A stretch of 63,981 nucleotides of DNA, counting the filler, from Octopus bimaculoides (Eukaryota), in the NCBI RefSeq assembly GCF_001194135.2. It is 7 parts of 6 records of this genome, joined end to end, with 100 filler letters (N's around TTAATTAATTAA, not from the genome) between each part and the next. Parts side by side here need not be neighbours in the genome. Positions count along the whole stretch, not along the records: positions 21,662 to 45,421 come from NC_068981.1; 6 more parts are not named here. One strand, given 5' to 3'. Positions 24,926 through 38,001 of the stretch are shown piece by piece. Position 1 is the first letter of the stretch. Each line of letters opens with the position of its first letter. Both the position numbers and the translations under genes were made by a program. The notes under the pieces are model-generated. The model did no database searches. It saw only the letters and a program-made list of their open reading frames with translations, and was not told where the DNA came from.

Positions 24926-27042
24926 TTTACAGATAAATTCCTCTATTTACATAACATCGAGGTCTCTTTCTTTCTTTTGTTGACTTTTCTATCAATATAT
25001 ATATATATATATAGGTATGTATGTATGTATGTATGTATGTATGTATGTATGCATGTATTTTCTGTTTACCGTCAAATTGAATGATGCTCTACATATACAT
25101 CAGATAATGACATGAGAAATATTCGCAACCAAAAACACTTGAGTGGTCATGAACGTATTTCTCTTATAAGTATACAGTAGTCGTATAGACGTATCAAATA
25201 TATTTTAAATCCTCGACTTAATAAATTATGTTTATGTAGATGTAAGATGAAATTTCCATTGCTTGAATATTAGAATATACGTAACGAGCACATTACGCCC
25301 ATTCTTCAGTAAGAATAATGATACCACTCATGTAAGTCTGTGAATCATAATGCGGTAGTCGTTCATTTACAGACACAGAGAAACGATTTTGCTAAATGTC
25401 GAATAATAACGAGTAAATATACACCATAGCGCCATCTTTAATGATGGTTGCAATTCTAAGCGTCTTCTCAATGAAACTTCCAAATTTATATTATCGTGTA
25501 TATAAGCTATTTGTAGAATCAATGTTGATATTTACATTAGGAAAACCGTGATGCACTCAAAAATTGTGCAATCAGAATATATAATGTAGTGTAAAATTTT
25601 CAGTTTAAAGAATATTCTCGAGACACTAATCAAAATATATTTGGTGGCATATATTAGATTATGAAATTGCATAATGTCGGAAAACCTTGTTTTAATGAGC
25701 ACCCTTGCTGTATGAGTATGCATAATGCTGATAGATGATAATAGAATTACAGAAGCTAAATTTAAGAATAATGCTCTTTGGTATCAGTGCGTTTCTGAAT
25801 AAAAGAAAAACATGTGATTCTTTATTGTCAGCATAATTTCAATGCAAAAAAAACAACCAAATTATAGTTACCTCTTCATTAATGACTGAGAGAGAAATTT
25901 AGAATAAACTATGTCTAGTACGGTCACAAATTATGGCACAAAACTCACATTACAATTAGATATATTTAACACGGCTTTTGCTAAATATATATTATTAACG
26001 AGCAAAATTAGACTAGAATGTCTGCTTGGTCAAGTTACCAAATAATTCTTACTCGTTTGACAAGTCTCGACATACACACACACGCACATATACACATATA
26101 TGTATGCGCGTATCTGTATGGAACTGAACATACGTATATGTGTATATATATATACACACACACGTATATGTGTATATATATATATATACATACATGTATG
26201 TATGTATGTATGTATGTATATATGTATGTATGTATGTATGTACGTACGTACGTATGTATATGTGCATATATACACAGACAAATACATAAATATATTTGAT
26301 ATTTAATTTATTCAAATACATTTATCTATTATGCCATAACTTTCCGTCTCTCTGTAAGAAATCCCTCTTCACTATAATTTCTGATCTTGCTCCATTAAGT
26401 GAAATAATTATTAGTATTACAAATAATAATCACATTTTCATGAACTAACAATTCAGATTTTAATTCGTACACGTTCATGTTAGTGAGATGCGTTAATAAA
26501 TTCACTTTTTATTTAGCTGTGATTAGGAAGGACTGGGTGAAAGCATATCCTAATTTTTTTCTGCTGAATAAATTTTCTCTGGATAGACCTAGATAAAATT
26601 TGTTGGTTTAGAAAAAAAGTAATACATCACAATTTAGCCCCAGAATAAGAGGTGAAAGATATATTTATCAAAGTACGCAATAAGTATATGCTACCAAGCT
26701 TGAATTTTAAAAAAGAATGGAATGCACCCTAACTGATGCTTGCTGACGCAATAATTGAAAGACAACTATATAGAATATCTGATAAAATTAAATATGTTAA
26801 TTATGTATTTCATGGACACGATGCAACACAATTGGAGCAAAAACGTATTTTCAATGCAATGAAATTCATGTGCTTAAAGATTACTAGTTTATCAGACTGA
26901 TGGAGATGAAAGTCTCAGTCAATGGTGATATAGCATTAATCACAATTTAAATCTATGTTACACAATACTGTGAGTTATTAATCCGACTCCGGGTAAATCA
27001 GGCATTCTACTACTGTTAAACCGCAGTATAATACTGTTATTT

Positions 27043-27647
27043 ATTTAATCAATGACCGTCAGATGAAATCAATCAATGCTCTGCCAACTACCAACATCAA
27101 CAGCAGTGATATCTCGTCGTTGGTACATCTACATAAAATAGTTCAGAAAAGGTGGTTTTCTATTAGAACGTCATTCAATGAGAAATTCACTTTAATTCAT
27201 CAAAGGAATGATCTATTGGACTTGTATTCCATTGAACTATAAAAAAAAGAAGCGTATGTCATTTAACTAATGCAGCACATGAGAGTCATATGAAGATAGT
27301 TTTCATGTTGCATAAAATCACAAGGAGATGAATGCTGTTGTGAATTAATTTTCAGATACACTTTTCACTCAATGAAAATTTCCTAAATTTTCTAATTAAC
27401 TTGTTGATAGTGAGATATTTTCCCAAAGATGCTCCCAGTATTGTGTTACATAGATTTAATACTGATATATATTTAATCAATGACCACCTCCAGCACCAGC
27501 AGTGATGTCTCGTCGTTGGTACATCTACATAAAATAGTTTGGGAAAGAAGGTTTTATCTTAGTAGAATGTCATTCAATGAGAAATTCGCTTTAATATACA
27601 TAGAGAATGATGTATTGGAATTTTATTGCATAAGACTATAAAAAAGA
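27043..27647 (+). repeat. Local direct duplication (27043-27250 and 27471-27647)
   Basis: Shared ATTTAATCAATGACC, CAGCAGTGAT.TCTCGTCGTTGGTACATCTACATAAAATAGTT and GTCATTCAATGAGAAATTC.CTTTAAT. Confidence 0.9.
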
Positions 27648-28448
27648 TATTCTTGAGTCAGAAGACTTGCATAAATATTTTGCAATGAATGATGAATAAA
27701 ACCTTGACGTTCAGACTTGAATAAAATCTTTGGAACTGCGACGCAAGGAACTGAATTAAACAGAAAGAAATTGCTGAGAGAGTATTTCAAAGAACAGTAG
27801 CTAAGAGCTAGTGGATAGCGGAAGAGACTCAATTCATAGAACAATATTTAAGTAGTGTAGACAGAGAATTTGCAGCTGGCAAATACTATTGTTATATTGG
27901 AATTATACAGCGTAATGAGGGCTAAATCGTGCAACGCGCACCATTAGAGAAATTGTATTTTGAATAATAGTCTGCCTCGAAATTACAAATCTCTGTCTAA
28001 TATAAACTACATTTATGAATGTATTTAAGTACGCGATTTAGAAATAATACTATGTACATAAATAATGTATTAATGTGCGCAATGTCGTTTTGTTTCGATA
28101 GTTTAATTAATAGAACTAAGAAAGATTCAGATAAAAACATTATTAAATTTTACAGTAACATCAATCCTTTTAAGAAAAGATAGATTCTACATCAATTATA
28201 AGATTACTTTCGGAAACTGTTAACAGATTTATCTCATGAAGATGTCAAGTTATATGTGCACCGATTTTGAAAATTGAACTTACTTATCGTGGCGTGCAGC
28301 TATTCTTCCTGAACTAAATATCTCAAGTCAGCTGACACATGATTTTAATATGAACATTGTGTGCATATAAAGTTCACACATAGAAATGCATATAAAGATG
28401 TACATATATATATATATATATGTATGTAAGTATGTATGTATATATGTA

Positions 28449-28482
<34 letters not shown>

Positions 28483-28626
28483 TGCACACTCAGAGGCACA
28501 CACACACACACACATATATATTTATATATATACCTATATTACATTTATACATACATACATACAGATTGATAGATAGATACATACATACATACATACATAC
28601 ATACATACAGACAGACAGACAGACAT

Positions 28627-28671
<45 letters not shown>

Positions 28672-30543
28672 AAGAAAGAAAGAAAGAAAAATAGATAGAT
28701 AGATAGGGAAGAGAGAGAGAAAGAAGTAATTATTCGGAGAAACACATTATACACATCAAATTTGTTAAATTAATTTGATAACTCAAATACAGAATATGCA
28801 TATATGTACACATGCAAAACGTGTAAAAGCAAATGGTGGGATTGCTCAGAAGATGAATTTTTATGTATAAATATATAGATATTTATTTTAATAGGTCTAA
28901 CTTACATAGAGTTCAAACGACAGAGAAAATTAAAAGGATGGAAGAAAGGTAGTCCAACAGCTGTTTCTGGGGGCTCGGCGATCCATAATAATTTTGGTAC
29001 ATTTAGTTCATCACAATATGCGGCTGTATGGATGCAATTAACATTGGATGAGACGAGTCTTCGTCATCAGAGTAAAGATCTTGCATTTCAGATCTTCATG
29101 CCCGCGTGTGAGCATGCGTGTTTTTGTGGGTGTATATATACGCGTATATGTACAAAATGACAAAAAATAGAAAACAACTAGGTAAGAATTTCAAATAACA
29201 TACTGTTACGCACTAGAAATATATATGTTGCCTTGACATTTCGAGCTCGCGAGCTTCTTCGAAAAGACAGAAATACAGTAAAAGTTAAAATGTATTTAGA
29301 ATAGGGGCAAATGAGCATGTTATATATTACGTCATGATGGAAAGAAACGGGATTTATAGTGGAAAGCTAAGAAGTTTTATTCTCAGAAAACCTACAGGAG
29401 TAGGTCATTTTACTTGGGTAAATGCTTATCCATATGTAACCATGTTTTAGTGTGAGCGTAATTATAGCGTAATTTTCGTTTAATTTAATGAGTTGAATGC
29501 ATCTATATATGCGAGTGGTTAAACAATATACTGCTCCTTATTTTACTGATGATGAATGTATTCGTCTAACTTCGTATGTTTAACCGTACATGTTTGAGTC
29601 TGTTACGTTTATGTGCATTGTATTTAAGTGCATGTATGCGCATGTAGGATGTTTTGCTACTATTTGTAATGCATGGCGTGGAAAATACATATCGTTTATA
29701 TGTTCTTCTTAATGGGACAGTACGTGTATATATATGTGATTCTTTAAATATGAAGAGTTTGTGCGTTTCTTATATGTAATGTGTGTGCTACACATAGCAT
29801 GCTTGAAGAGAAGTGAATTTCATATTCTCCGATTGAACTAGTAAGTGTTCTGAGAGGATATTCTATTTATGTAACAACACTGAATATGGGGTAGGGCGGA
29901 TTCTCAAAACTATAATGGATAATAGATACACAGCTTAGAGGAAGGAATCTGGTATGTGAAATTTAGGTTCAATGTACTTAAGGATAGGGAAGAAAATAAA
30001 TATTATGTTCAGAAATGGTTGTTGTGTGAAAGAGAGATTATAACAGCGCACCTATGTGGTTTGACTTGTTGATGATAGGAAAGATGTCGTGTAAGTTAAA
30101 AGAAAAGTCACGAACAGACAAATATAATTTTAAGTCTACACACTTCAACGTGTGGACAACTGGTGTTGGTGTGTTTACATCCCCGTAACTTAATTGTTAG
30201 AAAAAGCGTAAGATTTGAAAATCAGTTAAAGTTATTCGTCGTCTTTTCTATCTACGGAGAAACAGGTAAATTAGTTCTGTTAATATAGGAAGTTTATAGG
30301 TTACAGATAGGCAGTTTATATATATACTAGCAGTATAACCCGACGTTGTCCGGGTGTGACTTATTACGCCATCTACGATAAGTCTTGCTAGGTGAAAATC
30401 AACTAAAAAAGAAAGCCTTACAATGAAAAAACCTTTATGATGTAAATATGTTCATAATTGAAAAGACGAAATTAATAGGGAAAGTCTGAAGGCTGTTTTG
30501 TGTAACATTATTAAGTGTACGTAAATTTCATCCGTCTAATTGG

Positions 30544-30834
30544 CTATACAAATGCTTGTGAAAAACAACTTCTTCCGCTGCCTTGATTATATATAGCAAG
30601 GTAATTCCTTTTCGCAGGAGCTGCTAGGACGGCAATTTGTGATGAAGCAATTGCTGGCGATCTGTTGCTACACAGTTCTGCCAGAATTCTATCAGATTGG
30701 GCAGTAGATGATGATGCACCGTTTTGCATTATGTTCAAAGTAACTTCTGGAATGTGGTGAATTGCTGCAGTCTGTTGCTGTCTTTGTAAACTGGTTTCTT
30801 TCTTTCCCCAGCAAGCTCTTTTCTTTGGAGGCAT
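30544..30834 (-). CDS. 96-aa ORF inside the Helitron (MPPKKR start), possibly a remnant of the RepHel N-terminus or captured sequence
   Basis: Open frame on the element's sense strand, preceded by an acceptor-like TTTTGTTGTTCTGTTTAATATGTACATAG. No domain recognised. Confidence 0.35.
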   Translation of the reverse strand: MPPKKRACWGKKETSLQRQQQTAAIHHIPEVTLNIMQNGASSSTAQSDRILAELCSNRSPAIASSQIAVLAAPAKRNYLAIYNQGSGRSCFSQAFV

Positions 30835-30912
30835 AATCTATGTACATATTAAACAGAACAACAAAAGTTATAACCGATGGGAAGGTCGGTAGTTTTCACA
30901 TTTCGGTGATTT

Positions 30913-31054
30913 TTCAGATTAACACCCGCACGATTACATAACCCTAAAACCGTAACCGTAAGACTAACACTCATCGTAACCCTAAAACCGTAACCCTGAC
31001 CCCAAAACCGTAACCCTAACACCCTAGTGAAAATCGTGCGGGTGTTAATCTGAA
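30913..31054. repeat. 142-bp mini-element: perfect 23-bp inverted repeats enclosing TAACCCTAA-like repeats
   Basis: TTCAGATTAACACCCGCACGATT (30913-30935) and its exact reverse complement (31032-31054). A shorter inverted copy lies at 31693-31776. Confidence 0.9.
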
Positions 31055-31394
31055 TAATAATAATAATGACCTCTGCAGATCAAACTCCCAACCCAACTAG
31101 GTCTTAAGTGTATATATATATGGGCAACACACACACACATACACACTAAATAAAAAAATGTTAGTAAGTACAGAACTTCAGCATTATATATTAAGATGGG
31201 CAACATACACACACACAAAAAAATGACAGCTATTTGAATGTATGTGTGTATTAATGTGTATTCTGTGTCTATATATGGTAGTAATTAAATGCGTTTTAAG
31301 AAAGATATTAAAAAAATTCAGTTTGTAAGGAATAAATGTTTGACTGTCGATCGTATTTGGAAGAGAATGACAGATATTTGTGTGTATGAGTGTG

Positions 31395-31560
31395 TGAGTT
31401 CAAATTCCACCGAAGTTGATTTTGCCTTTCATCCTTTCGGGGTGTAAAAAATAAGTACCAGTTGAACACAGGGGTCAATATAATCGACTATTCTCCACCT
31501 GCCCCAAGCTGCCGTTGTGGGAAAAATTTTAAATAATAATAATAATAAATAAATAATAAT
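31395..31560 (+). mobile_element. tRNA-derived SINE family D, 5'-truncated, (TAA)n tail
   Basis: GAGTTCAAATTCCACCGAAGTTGATTTTGCCTTTCATCCTTTCGGGG...ATAAGTACCAGTTGAACAC matches 44919-45122. Confidence 0.8.
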
Positions 31561-32836
31561 AATAATGACCTCTGCCGATGAAACTCCCAACCCACAACTA
31601 AGTCTTAAGTGTATATATATATGGGCAACACACACACACTAAATAAAATAGATGTTAGTAAGTAAAAGTGTTTTAAAAAAGATTGTTAAATTTTCTGATT
31701 AACACCCGTACGATTTTCACTACAGTGTTAGTGTTTGTTAGGGTTAGGCAGGTAATGATGCGGGTGTTAATCTGAAGATTTACGAAAAGATTTTCAAAAA
31801 AAAACTCACAGGTTGTAGGGAATAAATGTTTGTTGATCGTATTTGAGAAACATGTCTCGCTGGTAAATGACGGTGTTAGAAATGGAAAGTAAACTTATAA
31901 ATCCCGACAATTAGAATGAGGTCATTGGTAACCTTACGTACATATATATATGTGTGTATTTACTTATGATTGGCAGTGTGTCTGTTTATTTGACTCTCAC
32001 TCCCCTTCGTTTCTTTGTCTTTTTTCTAGGATCGTTCGTAAGAGAAAGTAGCAATTGAAACGATGTGTAAGAGGAATAGAAATAGTTAATTTTAGAGGGG
32101 CAAAGTAATTTTGTATGTATCTGTCATTACAGTATCGAAATATGATTGTTTCAGATTTGATAATTTTCTTTTTCTCCTTCCTTTCTTTTTGTATTTGTTG
32201 TTTGATCTTTCGTAAAGGTTCATCAGAGGAAGTAGGAGTTGAAAGGATTTGTATTAGAAAGAGGANNNNNNNNNNNNNNNNNNNNNNNNNNNNNNNNNNN
32301 NNNNNNNNNNNNNNNNNNNNNNNNNNNNNNNNNNNNNNNNNNNNNNNNNNNNNNNNNNNNNNNNNNNNNNNNNNNNNNNNNNNNNNNNNNNNNNNNNNNN
32401 NNNNNNNNNNNNNNNNNNNNNNNNNNNNNNNNNNNNNNNNNNNNNNNNNNNNNNNNNNNNNNNNNNNNNNNNNNNNNNNNNNNNNNNNNNNNNNNNNNNN
32501 NNNNNNNNNNNNNNNNNNNNNNNNNNNNNNNNNNNNNNNNNNNNNNNNNNNNNNNNNNNNNNNNNNNNNNNNNNNNNNNNNNNNNNNNNNNNNNNNNNNN
32601 NNNNNNNNNNNNNNNNNNNNNNNNNNNNNNNNNNNNNNNNNNNNNNNNNNNNNNNNNNNNNNNNNNNNNNNNNNNNNNNNNNNNNNNNNNNNNNNNNNNN
32701 NNNNNNNNNNNNNNNNNNNNNNNNNNNNNNNNNNNNNTATATATATATGTATGTATGCATGCATGTATGTATGTATGTGTGTGTGTGTTTGTGTGTGTGT
32801 ATGTGTGTGTGTGTGTGTGTGTATGTGTGTGTGTGT

Positions 32837-32874
<38 letters not shown>

Positions 32875-33239
32875 GGTAGTCTAAATGAGGAATAAGGAAA
32901 TTCAAATATACATTATGATCCTTACTGTAATAATATGAATATAAATTTATACAATATAGAAAATATACACTATAAAATTATTACTGTTCATTCACATCAT
33001 GAGACGTCAGGATGTGAAACACGATCGAATTATGGAATAAACCTATCATGGAGAATAAATTTATTTCACATCATGCTCGTTTGGACTCCATCCAAATAGA
33101 GAGAGAGTGTGTACAATCTTTCATCACCAACATTCCTAAAATTTTACATGTTATAAATGGTTTAAGTCAACTGATCAATCAATAAAAAAACAAAGATCCA
33201 GTAATAAAACAACTAAAATTTATACCATCGAATGGTAAT

Positions 33240-34432
33240 AGGTTGACCAGGATACACTCAAAGAACTTGACCAAATGAGATTTATCTTTCAGCATAATAC
33301 ACCATGCGGTCCACGCTCCACTTCCATCGGAGATACGATTCTTAGATCTCACTGGTGCAAAGTTTTCATTTTCTTGGTCAGAAACATCTTCAATAGCATA
33401 TATAACTTCATCATTACAACTAAATGTTGGGGAGCTGATGATAGTCAGATGGGGCCAAATTCAGAGAATAAGGACGCTGATCAAACAGCGCCAAGACACA
33501 GTGACGCATAGCAGCTATTGAAAGCAAAGACTTAGTTGCTGGAGCTTTTTCCTGGCAGCTTGGTCTTGATAGCCTTTCGTATCTGTGTCAGAAAGATGGC
33601 ACAGTACACTCCATTGGTGGTGTGGCCCTTTTGATGATACTCAATAAACACAGCGCCTTTTGCATTCCCCCAAACCAACTTCTATGAGATGAAATGACTC
33701 TTGCTCATATTTAGAGGAGGTGAGGAGTGACGTTTCACGGCATGGATTCTCTGAGCGTAGTGGAAACGCCAGAGTTTCATATTGATGAACCCAACACTCA
33801 TTCTGGTTTCAGGAACACCCAAGGGAACCAGCTGGGTCTTCCTCGGACAATGTCAGATTTTCGCGTGTTGTGATCAGCCTGTTGCGCTTTTGATCATGCG
33901 TCAGAAGACGTGGCAACAATCGAACAGAAGCATTCACCGTGCCACGTTCATTGTAGAAAATGTTTCCACTCAATTACGGGAAATGCTGATGGCAAGTTGA
34001 TTTATGGTTAATCACCTGCCATCCAGCTTCATGTGGTGAATATGATCAACGTTTTCGTCGGTGGTGGCAGCTGTAGGACGTCCATACCTTAGGTCATCTT
34101 CAGGACTCTGTGTTCCTCTCCTAAATTCAGCTACCCACGTTTACACGATTGATAAAGCTGGAACGTAGTCCCCTACTGTAGCAACCGTGTCTGCGGGGTT
34201 AACCCTTCTTTATATAGGTATTTGATAACAACACAACCCCAAATTGATTTCATTTTCAAGACGAGTCGATAGTAGTTACTGTTGATGAATTCTTTGAAGA
34301 GTCAGATGTCAGTTTACCTGGAACAAACTATGAAGTTATTAATCAGAAGCGTTAAAATTAATGCATGCATACTTTCACGGCTCTAACATTAGCCTTTCAT
34401 ACTCAACCTAAGAAGTTTTCCACCTACCCTCG
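33240..34432 (-). mobile_element. Decayed mariner (DD34D-type) element
   Basis: Minus-strand relics VIKYLYKEGLTP, WVAEFRRG..EDDLRYGRP, NECWVHQYE and PYSLNLAPSDY. One clear terminus TA|CGAGGG at 34432. The other TIR is eroded. Confidence 0.85.
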
Positions 34433-35051
34433 TAGGTTGTGGTAGAAATATACTACACATTGGCACACACGATAACAAAAACCACTCTGCAAAGACATGC
34501 ACACCTAGCAACTATTCAGTAATAGAATCGCAAACATGCCCCATCACGAACACGTAATATAATGTACGTTCACACAAAATGTTATATTCTCCACTAACAC
34601 TTAAATATGACAAATAATGCGATCATTCATGCGAGGTTCCTCACATAAACAGTTGAACCGAGTACCTCTAGCAACCGATGTTTTTTAATATGACTTGACA
34701 CTGTCAGATACAAATGTCTGTATAGTTTTTTTTTTATATTTCTCTTAATTTTCTTTCCAATAAGCTCTACTTCGGATCGACATTTTTTTGTTGAGTGCAC
34801 AAACTAATAATTACATTTCACTTTCACTTAATCTTACTATTTGAAGCAGAGTTCACAAGCAGCGACATGAATCACCTGAATATAAACACGCAGAAATATT
34901 CAACTATTTTGTATAAGTACCTTTCGAAGCAGTTACTGTGGACATAGCTACTACTAACCCAGATGTGACAGCATATATGTATGTATGTGTGTATGTATGT
35001 ATGTATGTATGTATGTAATAGATTGATAGAGCCAATTTTTCATAGCACATA

Positions 35052-35487
35052 CAGGGTGGCGATAATACAGGTATGCCTATATCTAACAATATACTAGAAG
35101 ACTTTGATAGCATGTGTAACTAAAACAATCTCATATTCCTTCGTCTGCCTGCTAACTCACACAACGTATTCGTGTATATTGGCATGCCTAGATGTTACAT
35201 ATTATTTCACACAGCAAAATTGATATTATGAATAAAATTAGTAGAAAATCTGGCTCACACTATCTCAAAATTAATCAATTATAACTTAAGGAAAATACTA
35301 GACATTTAAATTTCTTTGTGCAATGGCCATCTTCGTTTAGCAGTAGTGAAGAAGGTTGATAGTCGTTATATATGACATGTAAATTAGGTCTTATTCACTT
35401 GTTTTTAGAGAGGACTACATATCTCATAATTTCGTCGATACTTATACAACAATCTAGAAATATTCTTTTCTAATTATCGCCACATCC
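35052..35487. mobile_element. Possible Tc1/mariner-type MITE
   Basis: TA|CAGGGTGGCGATAAT at the left and ATTATCGCCAC at 35473-35483; only an 11-bp IR match. Confidence 0.35.
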
Positions 35488-35968
35488 AATTGTGATCTAC
35501 ATACCTACCGTAAGTGGGGCACAGCCTATCCACTGCTATCATTACATTAAACTCACCGCATTTCCATCTTATTACTCACTCAATATCACTCCCTCTCTCA
35601 TTCTCTCTGTATAAATGTATATATATATATATATATATATNNNNNNNNNNNNNNNNNNNNNNNNNNNNNNNNNNNNNNNNNNNNNNNNNNNNNNNNNNNN
35701 NNNNNNNNNNNNNNNNNNNNNNNNNNNNNNNNNNNNNNNNNNNNNNNNNNNNNNNNNNNNNNNNNNNNNNNNNNNNNNNNNNNNNNNNNNNNNNNNNNNN
35801 NNNNNNNNNNNNNNNNNNNNNNNNNNNNNNNNNNNNNNNNNNNNNNNNNNNNNNNNNNNNNNNNNNNNNNNNNNNNNNNNNNNNNNNNNNNNNNNNNNNN
35901 NNNNNNNNNNNNNNNNNNNNNNNNNNNNNNNNNNNNNNNNNNNNNNNNNNNNNNNNNNNNNNNNNNNN

Positions 35969-35998
<30 letters not shown>

Positions 35999-36001
<3 letters not shown>

Positions 36002-36572
36002 CATAAGAAAGTCCTTCTCTTGTACCTCCTCTAGTCTCATGTACTGTATTAGATGCAACCTCTGTGATAAACTATATGTAGGTCAGACGAGCCGCCGACT
36101 GGCCGACCTTTCTACTGACCATTCTCCTACGCACATATGTAGGTAGACACACAGCAGGCAGCCACTCCTACCCAATTCTTGATAAGAATTCTTCCTATGA
36201 CGTTAAACGATGCTATGTCCAACCACACTCATTCATAAACAGCCACAACTACACATACACACACATACATATACACATACATCCTTCTCTTGAACTCTCC
36301 TGTCTTTGAAAAGAATTTTTCTCCACCCTTTCCCTTCCGGTCACTCCAATAGATGACACCGTGTGCATCTTTGGCAATTTTCTTTCTTTGTCTTCCCTTC
36401 TTTCGACTTGTCCTATATTTCTGACAAAGAGCTCCGCTCGAAACGTTAAGTCCACTTTCTTTTCTTTTCTTTCCTTTCCTGAGCGTCCAATAATATTGTA
36501 CTTATTCCACGTCCTCGGGTGGTTGTGTTTTCATGGTTTTCTTGCATCTTCATGCTTGTATCAACTATATAT
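35999..36572 (+). mobile_element. Penelope-like element 3' relic: GIY-YIG fragment plus terminal hammerhead-like motif (36419-36450)
   Basis: RKSFSCTSSSLMYCIRCNLCDKLYVGQTSRRLAD. The motif is TT-CTGACAA-A-GAGC(TCC)GCTC-GAAAC-GTT-AA. Confidence 0.8.
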
Positions 36573-37909
36573 NNNNNNNNNNNNNNNNNNNNNNNNNNNN
36601 NNNNNNNNNNNNNNNNNNNNNNNNNNNNNNNNNNNNNNNNNNNNNNNNNNNNNNNNNNNNNNNNNNNNNNNNNNNNNNNNNNNNNNNNNNNNNNNNNNNN
36701 NNNNNNNNNNNNNNNNNNNNNNNNNNNNNNNNNNNNNNNNNNNNNNNNNNNNNNNNNNNNNNNNNNNNNNNNNNNNNNNNNNNNNNNNNNNNNNNNNNNN
36801 NNNNNNNNNNNNNNNNNNNNNNNNNNNNNNNNNNNNNNNNNNNNNNNNNNNNNNNNNNNNNNNNNNNNNNNNNNNNNNNNNNNNNNNNNNNNNNNNNNNN
36901 NNNNNNNNNNNNNNNNNNNNNNNNNNNNNNNNNNNNNNNNNNNNNNNNNNNNNNNNNNNNNNNNNNNNNNNNNNNNNNNNNNNNNNNNNNNNNNNNNNNN
37001 NNNNNNNNNNNNNNNNNNNNNNNNNNNNNNNNNNNNNNNNNNNNNNNNNNNNNNNNNNNNNNNNNNNNNNNNNNNNNNNNNNNNNNNNNNNNNNNNNNNN
37101 NNNNNNNNNNNNNNNNNNNNNNNNNNNNNNNNNNNNNNNNNNNNNNNNNNNNNNNNNNNNNNNNNNNNNNNNNNNNNNNNNNNNNNNNNNNNNNNNNNNN
37201 NNNNNNNNNNNNNNNNNNNNNNNNNNNNNNNNNNNNNNNNNNNNNNNNNNNNNNNNNNNNNNNNNNNNNNNNNNNNNNNNNNNNNNNNNNNNNNNNNNNN
37301 NNNNNNNNNNNNNNNNNNNNNNNNNNNNNNNNNNNNNNNNNNNNNNNNNNNNNNNNNNNNNNNNNNNNNNNNNNNNNNNNNNNNNNNNNNNNNNNNNNNN
37401 NNNNNNNNNNNNNNNNTATATATATATATATATATATGTACACAAACAGATAGGCACATACACACACGTAAAATACATATATATACACATATAAATGCAT
37501 ACATATATTATATATATACATATATATATAAATATACATACATACATCTGTATTATTAACTGGTATTACACTGTTTATATTCGTAATATTTATTAATGAT
37601 ATTATATAGAGTGGTTTATGCTTTGCTGACAGGAAAATAGATTGCGTACTTTTTTCATATATTACCCTCTCACGTTGAACAATAGTAAAATCCAATACCT
37701 TTTATCAATATGCTAGAAATTTCCATTTGTTATCATAATCTACAATATATTCCCTCTTATTTAATAAGTCTTTGGGTACAACAGATACGAAATTATTTTG
37801 TCTGTATTATATCTTGCGTATACATATTCATTAATAATATATCCTGTTATAGATAATATGTTTCTATATGTATGTATATATGTATATACGTATGTATGAC
37901 TGTATGTAT

Positions 37910-37956
<47 letters not shown>

Positions 37957-37965
37957 CAGATAGAC

Positions 37966-38001
<36 letters not shown>

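Larger units (their letters stand above)
30327..31196 (-). mobile_element. Non-autonomous Helitron, 870 bp, with canonical ends
   Basis: Minus strand A|TCTTAATATATAATGCTGAAG ... CCCGGACAACGTCGGG hairpin (30339-30354), 8 nt spacer, CTAG|T. Confidence 0.85.
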
